This document shows, piece after piece, positions 16,923-24,147 of a stretch of DNA of 36,757 nt. Location: positions 1-36,757 of the forward strand of contig JASEEW010000001.1 of the NCBI GenBank assembly GCA_030019485.1, written 5' to 3'. The number at the start of each line of letters is the position of its first letter. Position 1 is the first letter of the stretch. The stretch comes from Thermoplasmatales archaeon. GTDB taxonomy: Archaea > Thermoplasmatota > JASEFT01 > JAUWIS01. The notes under the pieces were generated by a model. That model saw only the letters and a list, made by a program, of their open reading frames with translations. It did no database searches and was not told where the DNA came from. A program made the position numbers and the translations under genes.

Positions 16923-18722
16923 CTACATCACCTGCATAAGCACATCACCTGGCTGGACAGAATCCCCTTCTTTAACAAATATCTCCTTTACTTCACCTTC
17001 CAGATCAGATGTTAACTCCTGCTCCATTTTCATGGCCTCAATAGTCAGGATAACATCCCCTTTCTTGACTTTGTCGCCTTTTTTCACCTTGAGTTTCATT
17101 ATTATTCCCTGCATAGATGATTTAACACCACCTTCAATTTCCTTTGGTTTCACTGCAGGTGCTGCACTGGGAACAGCAAAACCAGTTGGTGTAACCTTGA
17201 CCTCGTACGCCTCACCATCAACCTCGACACTGAATTCTATGGGTATGGATGCAGGCTTCCTTGCCTCAGGAGGCTCAGTTTCAATCCATATCTGTTTATG
17301 CTCAGGGAAGTATTTATTCACCATGGCCCTTGTTAAAGGATGATTGAACGGCAATGGTAATTGCTCAGAGGTAAACTCCGGGTTTGCCTCGCCTTTCAGA
17401 AACTTTAACCCTACCTGGGGGTAAATAGCATAGGTTATAACATCCTCTGGTTTTTTCACCAGTCCCATTTTCTCAAGCTCGTCCTTTCTTTTTTTATACA
17501 TTGGCTCAAGTAAATCAGATGGCCTGCATTCTATTATTTCATCCTTCCATTTTGGTCCTAGTATTGTTTTGTATATTTCCTTTGATATCTCACCAGGTGG
17601 CTTGCCGTACATTCCTTTCACATAGTCCTTTGTTTCCTTTGGGATTTTTTTGTATCTGCCGAAAAGAACATTCATCACTGCCTGAACACCAACAACCTGG
17701 GATGTGGGGGTAACAAGTGGAGGATAACCTAAATCCTTTCTGACCCTTGGCGTCTCTGCAAGAACCTCATTGTATTTATCTGCTGCACCCTGCTGCTCCA
17801 ACTGAAAAACCAGATTTGATAGCATCCCGCCTGGTATTTGATGAACAGTAACAGATGGGTCAACCTTCAACGCCGTTTGCCTGTGCAGATGCCTGTACTT
17901 GTCCCATATCTTCAAAAAATATTCCCTGCATTCCATAAGCAAATTCATGTCATAACTAGTGTCATACTCTGTTCCTTTTAATGCTGCTACAACAGATTCT
18001 GTTGCGGGCTGACCGGTGCCGCCGGAGATGGGTGAGATAGCAGTATCAAGTATGTCAACACCTGCCTCGCATGCCCTCATGTAAGCCATACCTGTCATTC
18101 CTGATGTGCAATGACTGTGTAAATCAATCGGTATTTTTATCCCTGCGTCCTTACATTCCTTTATTATGTCATAAGCCATTTTTGGTGAAATCATCCCTGC
18201 CATATCCTTAATACACAGTGAATCACAGCCCATTTTTTCCAGTTTTCTGAAATCATCAACATATCTTTCAACAGTGTGAACAGGAGAGATGGTGTAGCAC
18301 AATGAGCCCTGGGCATGACCGCCGACCTCTTTAACTGCCTCAATAGGAACCTTCATGTTCCTTAAATCATTCAATGCATCAAAAACCCTGAAATAATCAC
18401 ATCCGTCTTTTTTTGCGTAATAAATAAATTTTTTTACTATATCATCAGGGAAATTCCAGTATGCAACAATGTTCATTGCGCGCTCAAGCATCTGCAGAGG
18501 CGTGTTTGGAAGGGCAGATTTCATTTTTTTCAATCTTTCCCAGGGGTCCTCATTCAGGTATCTTATTGGAACATCAAATGTTGCACCACCCCAAACCTCA
18601 AAAGAAAAAAAACCTATTTTGTCTATGACAGGGCATATTGGAAGCATGTCCTCTGTCCTCATCCGCGTTGCAAGTATTGACTGATGCGCATCCCTAAATA
18701 TCTGCTCATGTAGTTGTACCAT
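16923..18722 (-). CDS. pycB: Carboxyltransferase + biotin-carrier subunit (pyruvate carboxylase subunit B / oxaloacetate decarboxylase alpha family)
   Basis: 599 aa. FRDAHQSILATRMRT (TIM-barrel carboxyltransferase), HCTSGM, and a C-terminal biotinyl domain with the IEAMKME biotinylation motif. Confidence 0.85.
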   Translation of the reverse strand: MVQLHEQIFRDAHQSILATRMRTEDMLPICPVIDKIGFFSFEVWGGATFDVPIRYLNEDPWERLKKMKSALPNTPLQMLERAMNIVAYWNFPDDIVKKFIYYAKKDGCDYFRVFDALNDLRNMKVPIEAVKEVGGHAQGSLCYTISPVHTVERYVDDFRKLEKMGCDSLCIKDMAGMISPKMAYDIIKECKDAGIKIPIDLHSHCTSGMTGMAYMRACEAGVDILDTAISPISGGTGQPATESVVAALKGTEYDTSYDMNLLMECREYFLKIWDKYRHLHRQTALKVDPSVTVHQIPGGMLSNLVFQLEQQGAADKYNEVLAETPRVRKDLGYPPLVTPTSQVVGVQAVMNVLFGRYKKIPKETKDYVKGMYGKPPGEISKEIYKTILGPKWKDEIIECRPSDLLEPMYKKRKDELEKMGLVKKPEDVITYAIYPQVGLKFLKGEANPEFTSEQLPLPFNHPLTRAMVNKYFPEHKQIWIETEPPEARKPASIPIEFSVEVDGEAYEVKVTPTGFAVPSAAPAVKPKEIEGGVKSSMQGIIMKLKVKKGDKVKKGDVILTIEAMKMEQELTSDLEGEVKEIFVKEGDSVQPGDVLMQVM

Positions 18723-18771
18723 TTTTTTTCACCTTTAAGGATGGGTATTACGTTGGATGTTTAAAAATGTT

Positions 18772-19257
18772 TCATTCTTTCTTTTTTAGTTTTAATCTTG
18801 TATATGGAAGCAGACCGCCTGCATCCCTGATAGCAAGAACTTCTTTTGGAAGTGCTGGAAAAGAAAAATTTTGTTCTCCGACCATGATACTTCCTTTTTC
18901 AATGTTTAGTTGAACTTCATCACCTTCTGAATAAGTTTTCACTGCCTCCGGGCATTCTATAAGAACAAGACCCTGATTAATTGCGGCTCTGTAAAATATC
19001 CGCGCAAAACTTTCAGCTACTATCGCTTGAACACCAACGGATTTAAAACCCAGAACTGGCTGCTCTCGCGAGCTGCCGCATCCAAAATTTTTCCCAGCAA
19101 AAATAACATCACCAGTTTTTACATTATCCGCAAATGATGGATCCAAATCCTCAAGGAGATGTGGTTTAATTTCCTCAGGCGTGGCGCATGTATATGTGTA
19201 TTTTCCTGGGAAAAGCTGGTCAGTGTTTATGTTGTCGCCATACTTCCATATTCTCAT
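18772..19257 (-). CDS. Aconitase-superfamily dehydratase small subunit (LeuD/HacB-like swivel domain)
   Basis: 161 aa. WKYGDNINTDQLFPGKY and GKNFGCGSSREQ. The ATGA overlap with the large subunit stop suggests translational coupling. Confidence 0.85.
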   Translation of the reverse strand: MRIWKYGDNINTDQLFPGKYTYTCATPEEIKPHLLEDLDPSFADNVKTGDVIFAGKNFGCGSSREQPVLGFKSVGVQAIVAESFARIFYRAAINQGLVLIECPEAVKTYSEGDEVQLNIEKGSIMVGEQNFSFPALPKEVLAIRDAGGLLPYTRLKLKKKE

Positions 19258-20513
19258 TTTCTCACCGTCCTTGGGTCAGTAATTTCACCATGAATGGCTG
19301 ATGCTGCAACAGTTGCGGGTGATGCAAGATAGATTTCTGCTTCTTTGCATCCCATTCTCCCCTTAAAATTTCTGTTTGCTGTGCTGAGGCATCTTTCCCC
19401 TGGTGCTAATACCCCTTGATGCGCACCCAAACATGGCCCGCAACCAGAGGGGAGTATTATTGCTCCGGCATTGCTCAAAATCTCAATATTCCCATTTCTC
19501 AAACAGTTTTCAAAAACGGTTTTTGATGCAGGAAGTATGAGCAGTCTAACATGGGGTGAAACTTTTTTTCCCTTTAAAATCCCAGCCGCAATTTCAAGGT
19601 CTTTTTCTCTTCCATTTGTGCAGGTTCCAATGAGACATTGGTTTATTTCAATCCCAGCAACTTCGGAGACAGATTTTACATTGTCCACATTGTGCGGGCA
19701 GGCAATCACTGGTTGAATTTTTGAAACATCGTATGTGAGTTCACTATGATACACAGCATCAGGGTCAGCCCATACAGGCTCATAATCCTTTACACCTGTT
19801 TTTTTCAGGTACTCAACAGTTATATCATCAACCGGGAAAACAGCGTTTTTTGCACCTGCTTCCACGCCCATGTTGGCAATGGTGAACCTGTCGCCAACAG
19901 AAAACTGTTCCATGTCGCCATGGAATTCAACAGAGCAGTAGTTCGCGCCTGAAGAACCAATATCACCTATAATATGAAGTATAACGTCTTTTGCTGAAAC
20001 CCGGTTGTTTAGTTTTCCTTTCAAATTTATCTTGATGCTTAAAGGCACCTTGAGCCATGTCTCACCTGTTAGCAGAAGGGAAGCAGCCTCAGTCCTGTCT
20101 ATCCCTGTTGAAAAAGAGTTAACAGCGCCATATGAGCAGGTGTGCGAATCACTCCCAAGTATTAAACTTCCAGGAACAGCGAAACCTTTTTCCAGAACAA
20201 TCTGATGACATACGCCTGTGCCTGCATCAAAAAAATTTTTGAGTTTGTGTTTTTTCACGAACTCCCTGATTTTTTTATGGTTAGATGCTGTTTTCTCGTC
20301 TGCCGCAGGTATTACATGGTCCAACACGATAACAGGTAGATTTTTGTCAACAATTCCATATTTTTCTATTTCATCTGAGATTTTTCCTATAATGGCTGCT
20401 GCATTATCATGCATTAAAAGATGCTCTGGTTTAACAGTGACAATCTGCCCTGGGACAGCATCCTTCAAGCCTGCCTTTTTAGCAAGAATTTTTTCAGCAA
20501 ACGTTTTCCCCAT
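19254..20513 (-). CDS. Aconitase-superfamily dehydratase large subunit (LeuC/HacA-like), canonical active site
   Basis: MHDNAA, VLDHVIPA, GVCHQIVLE, GSDSHT, ANMGVEAGA, GTCTNGR, GCGPCLG, NRNFKGRMG. I prefer the start at ATG 20513 (MGKTFAEKIL), which follows AGGTGA. The listed start at 20588 overlaps the upstream gene. Confidence 0.85.
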   Translation of the reverse strand: MGKTFAEKILAKKAGLKDAVPGQIVTVKPEHLLMHDNAAAIIGKISDEIEKYGIVDKNLPVIVLDHVIPAADEKTASNHKKIREFVKKHKLKNFFDAGTGVCHQIVLEKGFAVPGSLILGSDSHTCSYGAVNSFSTGIDRTEAASLLLTGETWLKVPLSIKINLKGKLNNRVSAKDVILHIIGDIGSSGANYCSVEFHGDMEQFSVGDRFTIANMGVEAGAKNAVFPVDDITVEYLKKTGVKDYEPVWADPDAVYHSELTYDVSKIQPVIACPHNVDNVKSVSEVAGIEINQCLIGTCTNGREKDLEIAAGILKGKKVSPHVRLLILPASKTVFENCLRNGNIEILSNAGAIILPSGCGPCLGAHQGVLAPGERCLSTANRNFKGRMGCKEAEIYLASPATVAASAIHGEITDPRTVRK

Positions 20514-20518
20514 AATAC

Positions 20519-22267
20519 TCACCTTTTTAGAAGACCCCCTCTTTGATAAATTTTCATCTGAATCTCTGAAAAAGGACTGCCTTTGCATCTTTCATTTTTT
20601 GAGCAGTTTTCCACATTTCCTGTGGAGAAATCCACTTTGACCTCATCCCCATTTTTTATAAGAGACACTGCATTATCCAGTGTTATTATTGGCATGCCAG
20701 AGTTGATGGCATTTCTTTCATAGATTGAGCCGAATGATTCAGCAATTATAACAGAAACACCAAGGCTTTTGAAGCAGTCCACTGCCTGCTGCCTGGAGCT
20801 GCCGCATCCAAAGTTTTTTCCAGCAACAACAATGTCGCCTTTTTTCACTTTTTCTGCAAACATCTCCCACCCCTCTAGGTTCTCAAATGCATGCTTCCCC
20901 ATCTGCTCTATATCAGTTATTGAAAGGTATTTGTTATGGAATATCATGTCTGTATCAATGTTGTCCTTCTTGATTACCCACGCCCTTCCTTGAGCAGCAG
21001 TTGGTTTTTTCTGTATTTCTTTCTCTTTCTGGATAGATAGAGTCTCTGGTAAAACGGTTTTAAAAAGAACAGGCGTTGATGGAATATCATCCCTGGTTGT
21101 GATAACACCTGCAACAGCTGACGATGCTACTGTCTCAGGTGAAGCAAGATACATGCTGCCTTTACCCTGCTTCCCAGCAAAATTTCTGTTCCCGGTACTC
21201 ACTGTGATTTCACCTGGACCGTTTTGTCCAATCTGCCCTGCGGCGCATCCTGCACATCCCGGGTTGCCAATCAGCGCCCCTGCCTTTGTGAATATATCAA
21301 TGATTCCTTCATCAAGGCATTTTTTCCATACATCATGGGTGGATGGAACAATTTTCAGCACAACACCAGGAGCAACCTTTTTATTTTTCAGAATTTTTGC
21401 TGCAGCAGCCATATCCTCAAATCTACCGTTTGTGCAGCTGCCTATAAAGCAGGAGTCAATCTTTGTTCCTTTTACCTCTGATACAGGGACAACATCCTCA
21501 GGATGACCGGGGCGTGATATCATAGGCTCAAGTTCATTTATGTCAATTTTCACAATTTTTTTGTATTCTGCATCAGGGTCAGCAAGGACAGGTTCGGTTG
21601 GGAAAAAAATTATAATTGCTCCCATTTCTGTTGCCATGGAAGAAATCGTTATCCTGCCTGAAAGCCCCAAACTGTCTAAACCATAAATTTCTGCTGCGCA
21701 TCCTAAAAGACCGCTTGCGCCAAACTCTTTGAGGATTGCAAGGACGAGGTCTTTGGGTGTTGCGTTTTTACCAGGTAATCCTTTTAAAACTATTTTAACC
21801 GTGGGTGGAACCTTAAACCAGATTTTTCCAAATGCAAACGCGTGCGCAACATCAACATCACCCATCCCCTGACCAAAAGCCCCTATTGCTCCGACTATGT
21901 TTGCGTGCGAGTCCGTGGAGATTAGTGTTCCCCCAGGAGATATTAGTCCTTTGTCTATGGATAGGTGTGTGCCAATGCCTTGAGTGATATCATACACCAT
22001 GATACCATTCTCTCTTGCAAACATTCGGCATAACTGTTGGTTTGCAGCATACTTCTGATCAGAGCCTGTTGGATTGCAGTCAAAAGTAAAAAAAGTCTTA
22101 CCTGGGTCATCAATGCCAAGAGCGTTTTCCCTGAGGTTTTTCACAACATTTGCTCCTCCGAAATCCCTAGCAAGGCGCGCATCAATACCCAAATCAACAA
22201 TATCCCCTAGGCTTACTGGGTGTCCGCAGTGCTTCTCAATAATTTTTTCAATAATTGTTTTTCCCAT
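20519..22267 (-). CDS. Fused large+small-subunit aconitase-superfamily protein with non-canonical active-site residues; substrate unknown
   Basis: 582 aa. The N-terminal ~400 aa is LeuC-like (STDSHAN, GSCTNGR, GCAGCAAG, NRNFAGKQG). A ~30-aa linker follows. The C-terminal ~150 aa is LeuD-like (DNIDTDMIFHNKY, GKNFGCGSSRQQ). GGAGGAG lies before the ATG. Confidence 0.75.
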   Translation of the reverse strand: MGKTIIEKIIEKHCGHPVSLGDIVDLGIDARLARDFGGANVVKNLRENALGIDDPGKTFFTFDCNPTGSDQKYAANQQLCRMFARENGIMVYDITQGIGTHLSIDKGLISPGGTLISTDSHANIVGAIGAFGQGMGDVDVAHAFAFGKIWFKVPPTVKIVLKGLPGKNATPKDLVLAILKEFGASGLLGCAAEIYGLDSLGLSGRITISSMATEMGAIIIFFPTEPVLADPDAEYKKIVKIDINELEPMISRPGHPEDVVPVSEVKGTKIDSCFIGSCTNGRFEDMAAAAKILKNKKVAPGVVLKIVPSTHDVWKKCLDEGIIDIFTKAGALIGNPGCAGCAAGQIGQNGPGEITVSTGNRNFAGKQGKGSMYLASPETVASSAVAGVITTRDDIPSTPVLFKTVLPETLSIQKEKEIQKKPTAAQGRAWVIKKDNIDTDMIFHNKYLSITDIEQMGKHAFENLEGWEMFAEKVKKGDIVVAGKNFGCGSSRQQAVDCFKSLGVSVIIAESFGSIYERNAINSGMPIITLDNAVSLIKNGDEVKVDFSTGNVENCSKNERCKGSPFSEIQMKIYQRGGLLKR

Positions 22268-22357
22268 TTACTCCTCCACCCTAGTAGCTAGGGGTTAGGG
22301 GGATTGTTTTCCTTTTTTCCCCTAATCCCTAATCCCTGATCCCTAACTACTTTCATC
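22268..22357 (-). repeat. Intercistronic TTAGGG-unit hairpin element, copy 2 (HD-gene stop to fused-dehydratase start)
   Basis: GTAGCTAGGGGTTAGGGGG (22284-22302) faces CCCCTAATCCCTAATCCCTGATCCCTAACTAC (22319-22350). The arms GTAGCTAGGG/CCCTAACTAC pair 9 of 10. Confidence 0.7.
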
Positions 22358-22948
22358 CTACTCCTCCAGAATTAGTTCTCCTTTCTGAAGCATTACAAGT
22401 GGGTTAAATGTGCTGAAATCAGCCTGGTGTATGAGTACGGTTTCTACAGTTTGGGGTCTGCCTTCACCTTCCTTGGCATGGCATGCAACAATATTCACAA
22501 TCTCATCTGGAAGACCAGACTCTGCTACCAGGATTGCGCCTGAGATAGGATGGCGCGCGCACCTCCCGCTCCTGCTTTTCCTGTACCCTCCTTTATTATC
22601 AGGCGTTATCTCAAGGAGTTTGCCGACATCATGAAGGAGACCGCCAGCAATCAGTCTGTCAAAATTTATTTTATACGGCGGTTCAGCGTAGTTTTTCGTT
22701 TGGGCTTTGCCTAGACCAAGCGCACCCTCGGTAACCGCGATGGTATGCTCTATGAGGTTGATGTCTCTGGAATCTGTGAGGAGTGTAAAAGGAATATTTT
22801 TTAGCTCCTCCACTGTTTTCCATCCTCCGCGTTCGCATGCCTTAACCCATACATTCACAACCTTTTTTCTTAGTTCGCTATCTGAAATCTTGGAAAGCAA
22901 TTCTTCAAACAGTTCTTCAATATCCTTTTCCTTTATCATATTCACCAC
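22358..22948 (-). CDS. HD-domain metal-dependent phosphohydrolase family protein
   Basis: 196 aa. IEHTIAV (His) and GGLLHDVGK (HD motif), with later HAKEG and HQAD. The GTG start at 22948 is 1 nt after the upstream stop. An alternative ATG lies at 22939. Confidence 0.75.
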   Translation of the reverse strand: MVNMIKEKDIEELFEELLSKISDSELRKKVVNVWVKACERGGWKTVEELKNIPFTLLTDSRDINLIEHTIAVTEGALGLGKAQTKNYAEPPYKINFDRLIAGGLLHDVGKLLEITPDNKGGYRKSRSGRCARHPISGAILVAESGLPDEIVNIVACHAKEGEGRPQTVETVLIHQADFSTFNPLVMLQKGELILEE

Positions 22949-22949
22949 T

Positions 22950-24143
22950 TCATTCCATTTTTGAGATTACCGCATCTGTCATTTCCTTAGTGCTTGCTGC
23001 ACCCTGGTCAAAAACCTTTTCACTTCCAGGGAGCCTCAGCATATCATATGTCCTAACTTTCCCTTCCTCTATAACATCTGCAACTGCTTTTTTTATCCTC
23101 TCTGCTTTTTCTATCTCCCCAAGATGCTCAAGCATCATACAGGCAGATAAAATCATGGCCATTGGGTTAACAATTGATGGTTTTAAATTCGCATATTTTG
23201 GTGCTGAGCCATGTGTTGGCTCAAAGATTGCACAATCTTTTCCAATATTGGCGCTACAAGCAAAGCCGAGACCTCCAACAAGACCTGCGAAACCATCAGA
23301 GACAATATCACCAAACATGTTTCCTGCGACAATAACGCCGTAGTCCTCAGGGTTCTTTGTAAGCCACATCATCTGCGCATCTATGTTTGTGAACCAGAGT
23401 TTAATATCAGGAAAATCAGTGGATATTTTTTTTGCTTCCTCCATCATCATGCCTGAGGTTTCCCTTATCACATTTGGCTTCTCACATATTGTCACGCTTT
23501 TGTATTTGAATTTTTTTGCATAGAGAAACGCCTCCCTGATTATTCTACTGCATGCAGGTCTTGTGAAGATTCTTGTAGAAATCGCCAAGTCCTTTCCAGG
23601 CACATCTTTGAATTTTTTCATTTTTGGATGCGTTTCCAAAGCTGAACGCACATTTTCAGGAGGGTTCGTCCACTCAACACCAGAGTAAAGTCCTTCAGTG
23701 TTCTGCCTGAACACAACAACATCAACAGATGGTTCTTCAAAACTGTTTCCTTTTCTTCTGATAAAGTTCAAAGGGTTTCCTTTGAATGACCTGCATGGTC
23801 TGATGCATATATCAAGGTCAAAATGCTGCCTGAGACCAACTATTGGACTGTAATACACATAACCTTTTCCCTGAAGACCCGGCGATAACTCCTTGGCAGC
23901 CTGGTCCTTTGGCTTTGATGTAATTGCACCAAAAAGACCAATTCTGTGCTTTTCAAGAAGCTCAATTGTGCGCTGGGGTAACGCATTCCCTTCTTTAACC
24001 CAGCATCCCCATCCAATATCTGCGTTTATGTAATTTGCCTCAAAACCAGCAGCATCAAGAACCCTGAGTGCTTCTGAAAAAACGATTTTTCCAATCCCGT
24101 CACCAGGCATGGTTACAATGTTTTTTTTTCCCATGTTAATCAT
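22950..24143 (-). CDS. Isocitrate/isopropylmalate dehydrogenase-family beta-decarboxylating dehydrogenase, non-ICDH-like substrate loop
   Basis: 397 aa. TMPGDGIGK, LFGAITSKP, YSPIVGLRQHFDLDICIRPCR, FRQNTEGLY, GDIVSD. The position matching E. coli ICDH Asn115 is Ile. Confidence 0.8.
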   Translation of the reverse strand: MINMGKKNIVTMPGDGIGKIVFSEALRVLDAAGFEANYINADIGWGCWVKEGNALPQRTIELLEKHRIGLFGAITSKPKDQAAKELSPGLQGKGYVYYSPIVGLRQHFDLDICIRPCRSFKGNPLNFIRRKGNSFEEPSVDVVVFRQNTEGLYSGVEWTNPPENVRSALETHPKMKKFKDVPGKDLAISTRIFTRPACSRIIREAFLYAKKFKYKSVTICEKPNVIRETSGMMMEEAKKISTDFPDIKLWFTNIDAQMMWLTKNPEDYGVIVAGNMFGDIVSDGFAGLVGGLGFACSANIGKDCAIFEPTHGSAPKYANLKPSIVNPMAMILSACMMLEHLGEIEKAERIKKAVADVIEEGKVRTYDMLRLPGSEKVFDQGAASTKEMTDAVISKME

Positions 24144-24147
24144 TCTT

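Noticed and set aside
16858-17343. Many 60-200-aa ORFs in the track lie antisense to, or out of frame with, the large genes. Examples: 834-1163, 1698-1913, 2405-3007, 14220-14603, 16858-17343, 20218-20640, 21099-21506, 29724-30050.
   Set aside because: Each lies entirely inside a longer ORF that has clear family motifs. Their translations are low-complexity (Ser/Phe/Leu/Pro-rich), with no recognisable motifs and no ribosome-binding sites. They are shadow ORFs.
20514-20588. N-terminal extensions of listed ORFs: 20514-20588 on the LeuC-like gene, 5977-6069 on the GT4 gene, 13053-13133 on bioY.
   Set aside because: The extensions overlap the upstream gene or have non-protein-like sequence. In-frame internal ATGs start the conserved N-termini. 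For the LeuC-like gene and bioY they are preceded by AGGTGA-type motifs; for the GT4 gene the choice rests only on the conserved MARKYNICILT N-terminus.
22290-22350. TTAGGG/CCCTAA repeats that resemble vertebrate telomeric DNA.
   Set aside because: There are only 2-4 imperfect units. They are embedded between tightly spaced prokaryotic-type genes and are paired with their complement as a hairpin. They are not a telomere or contamination.
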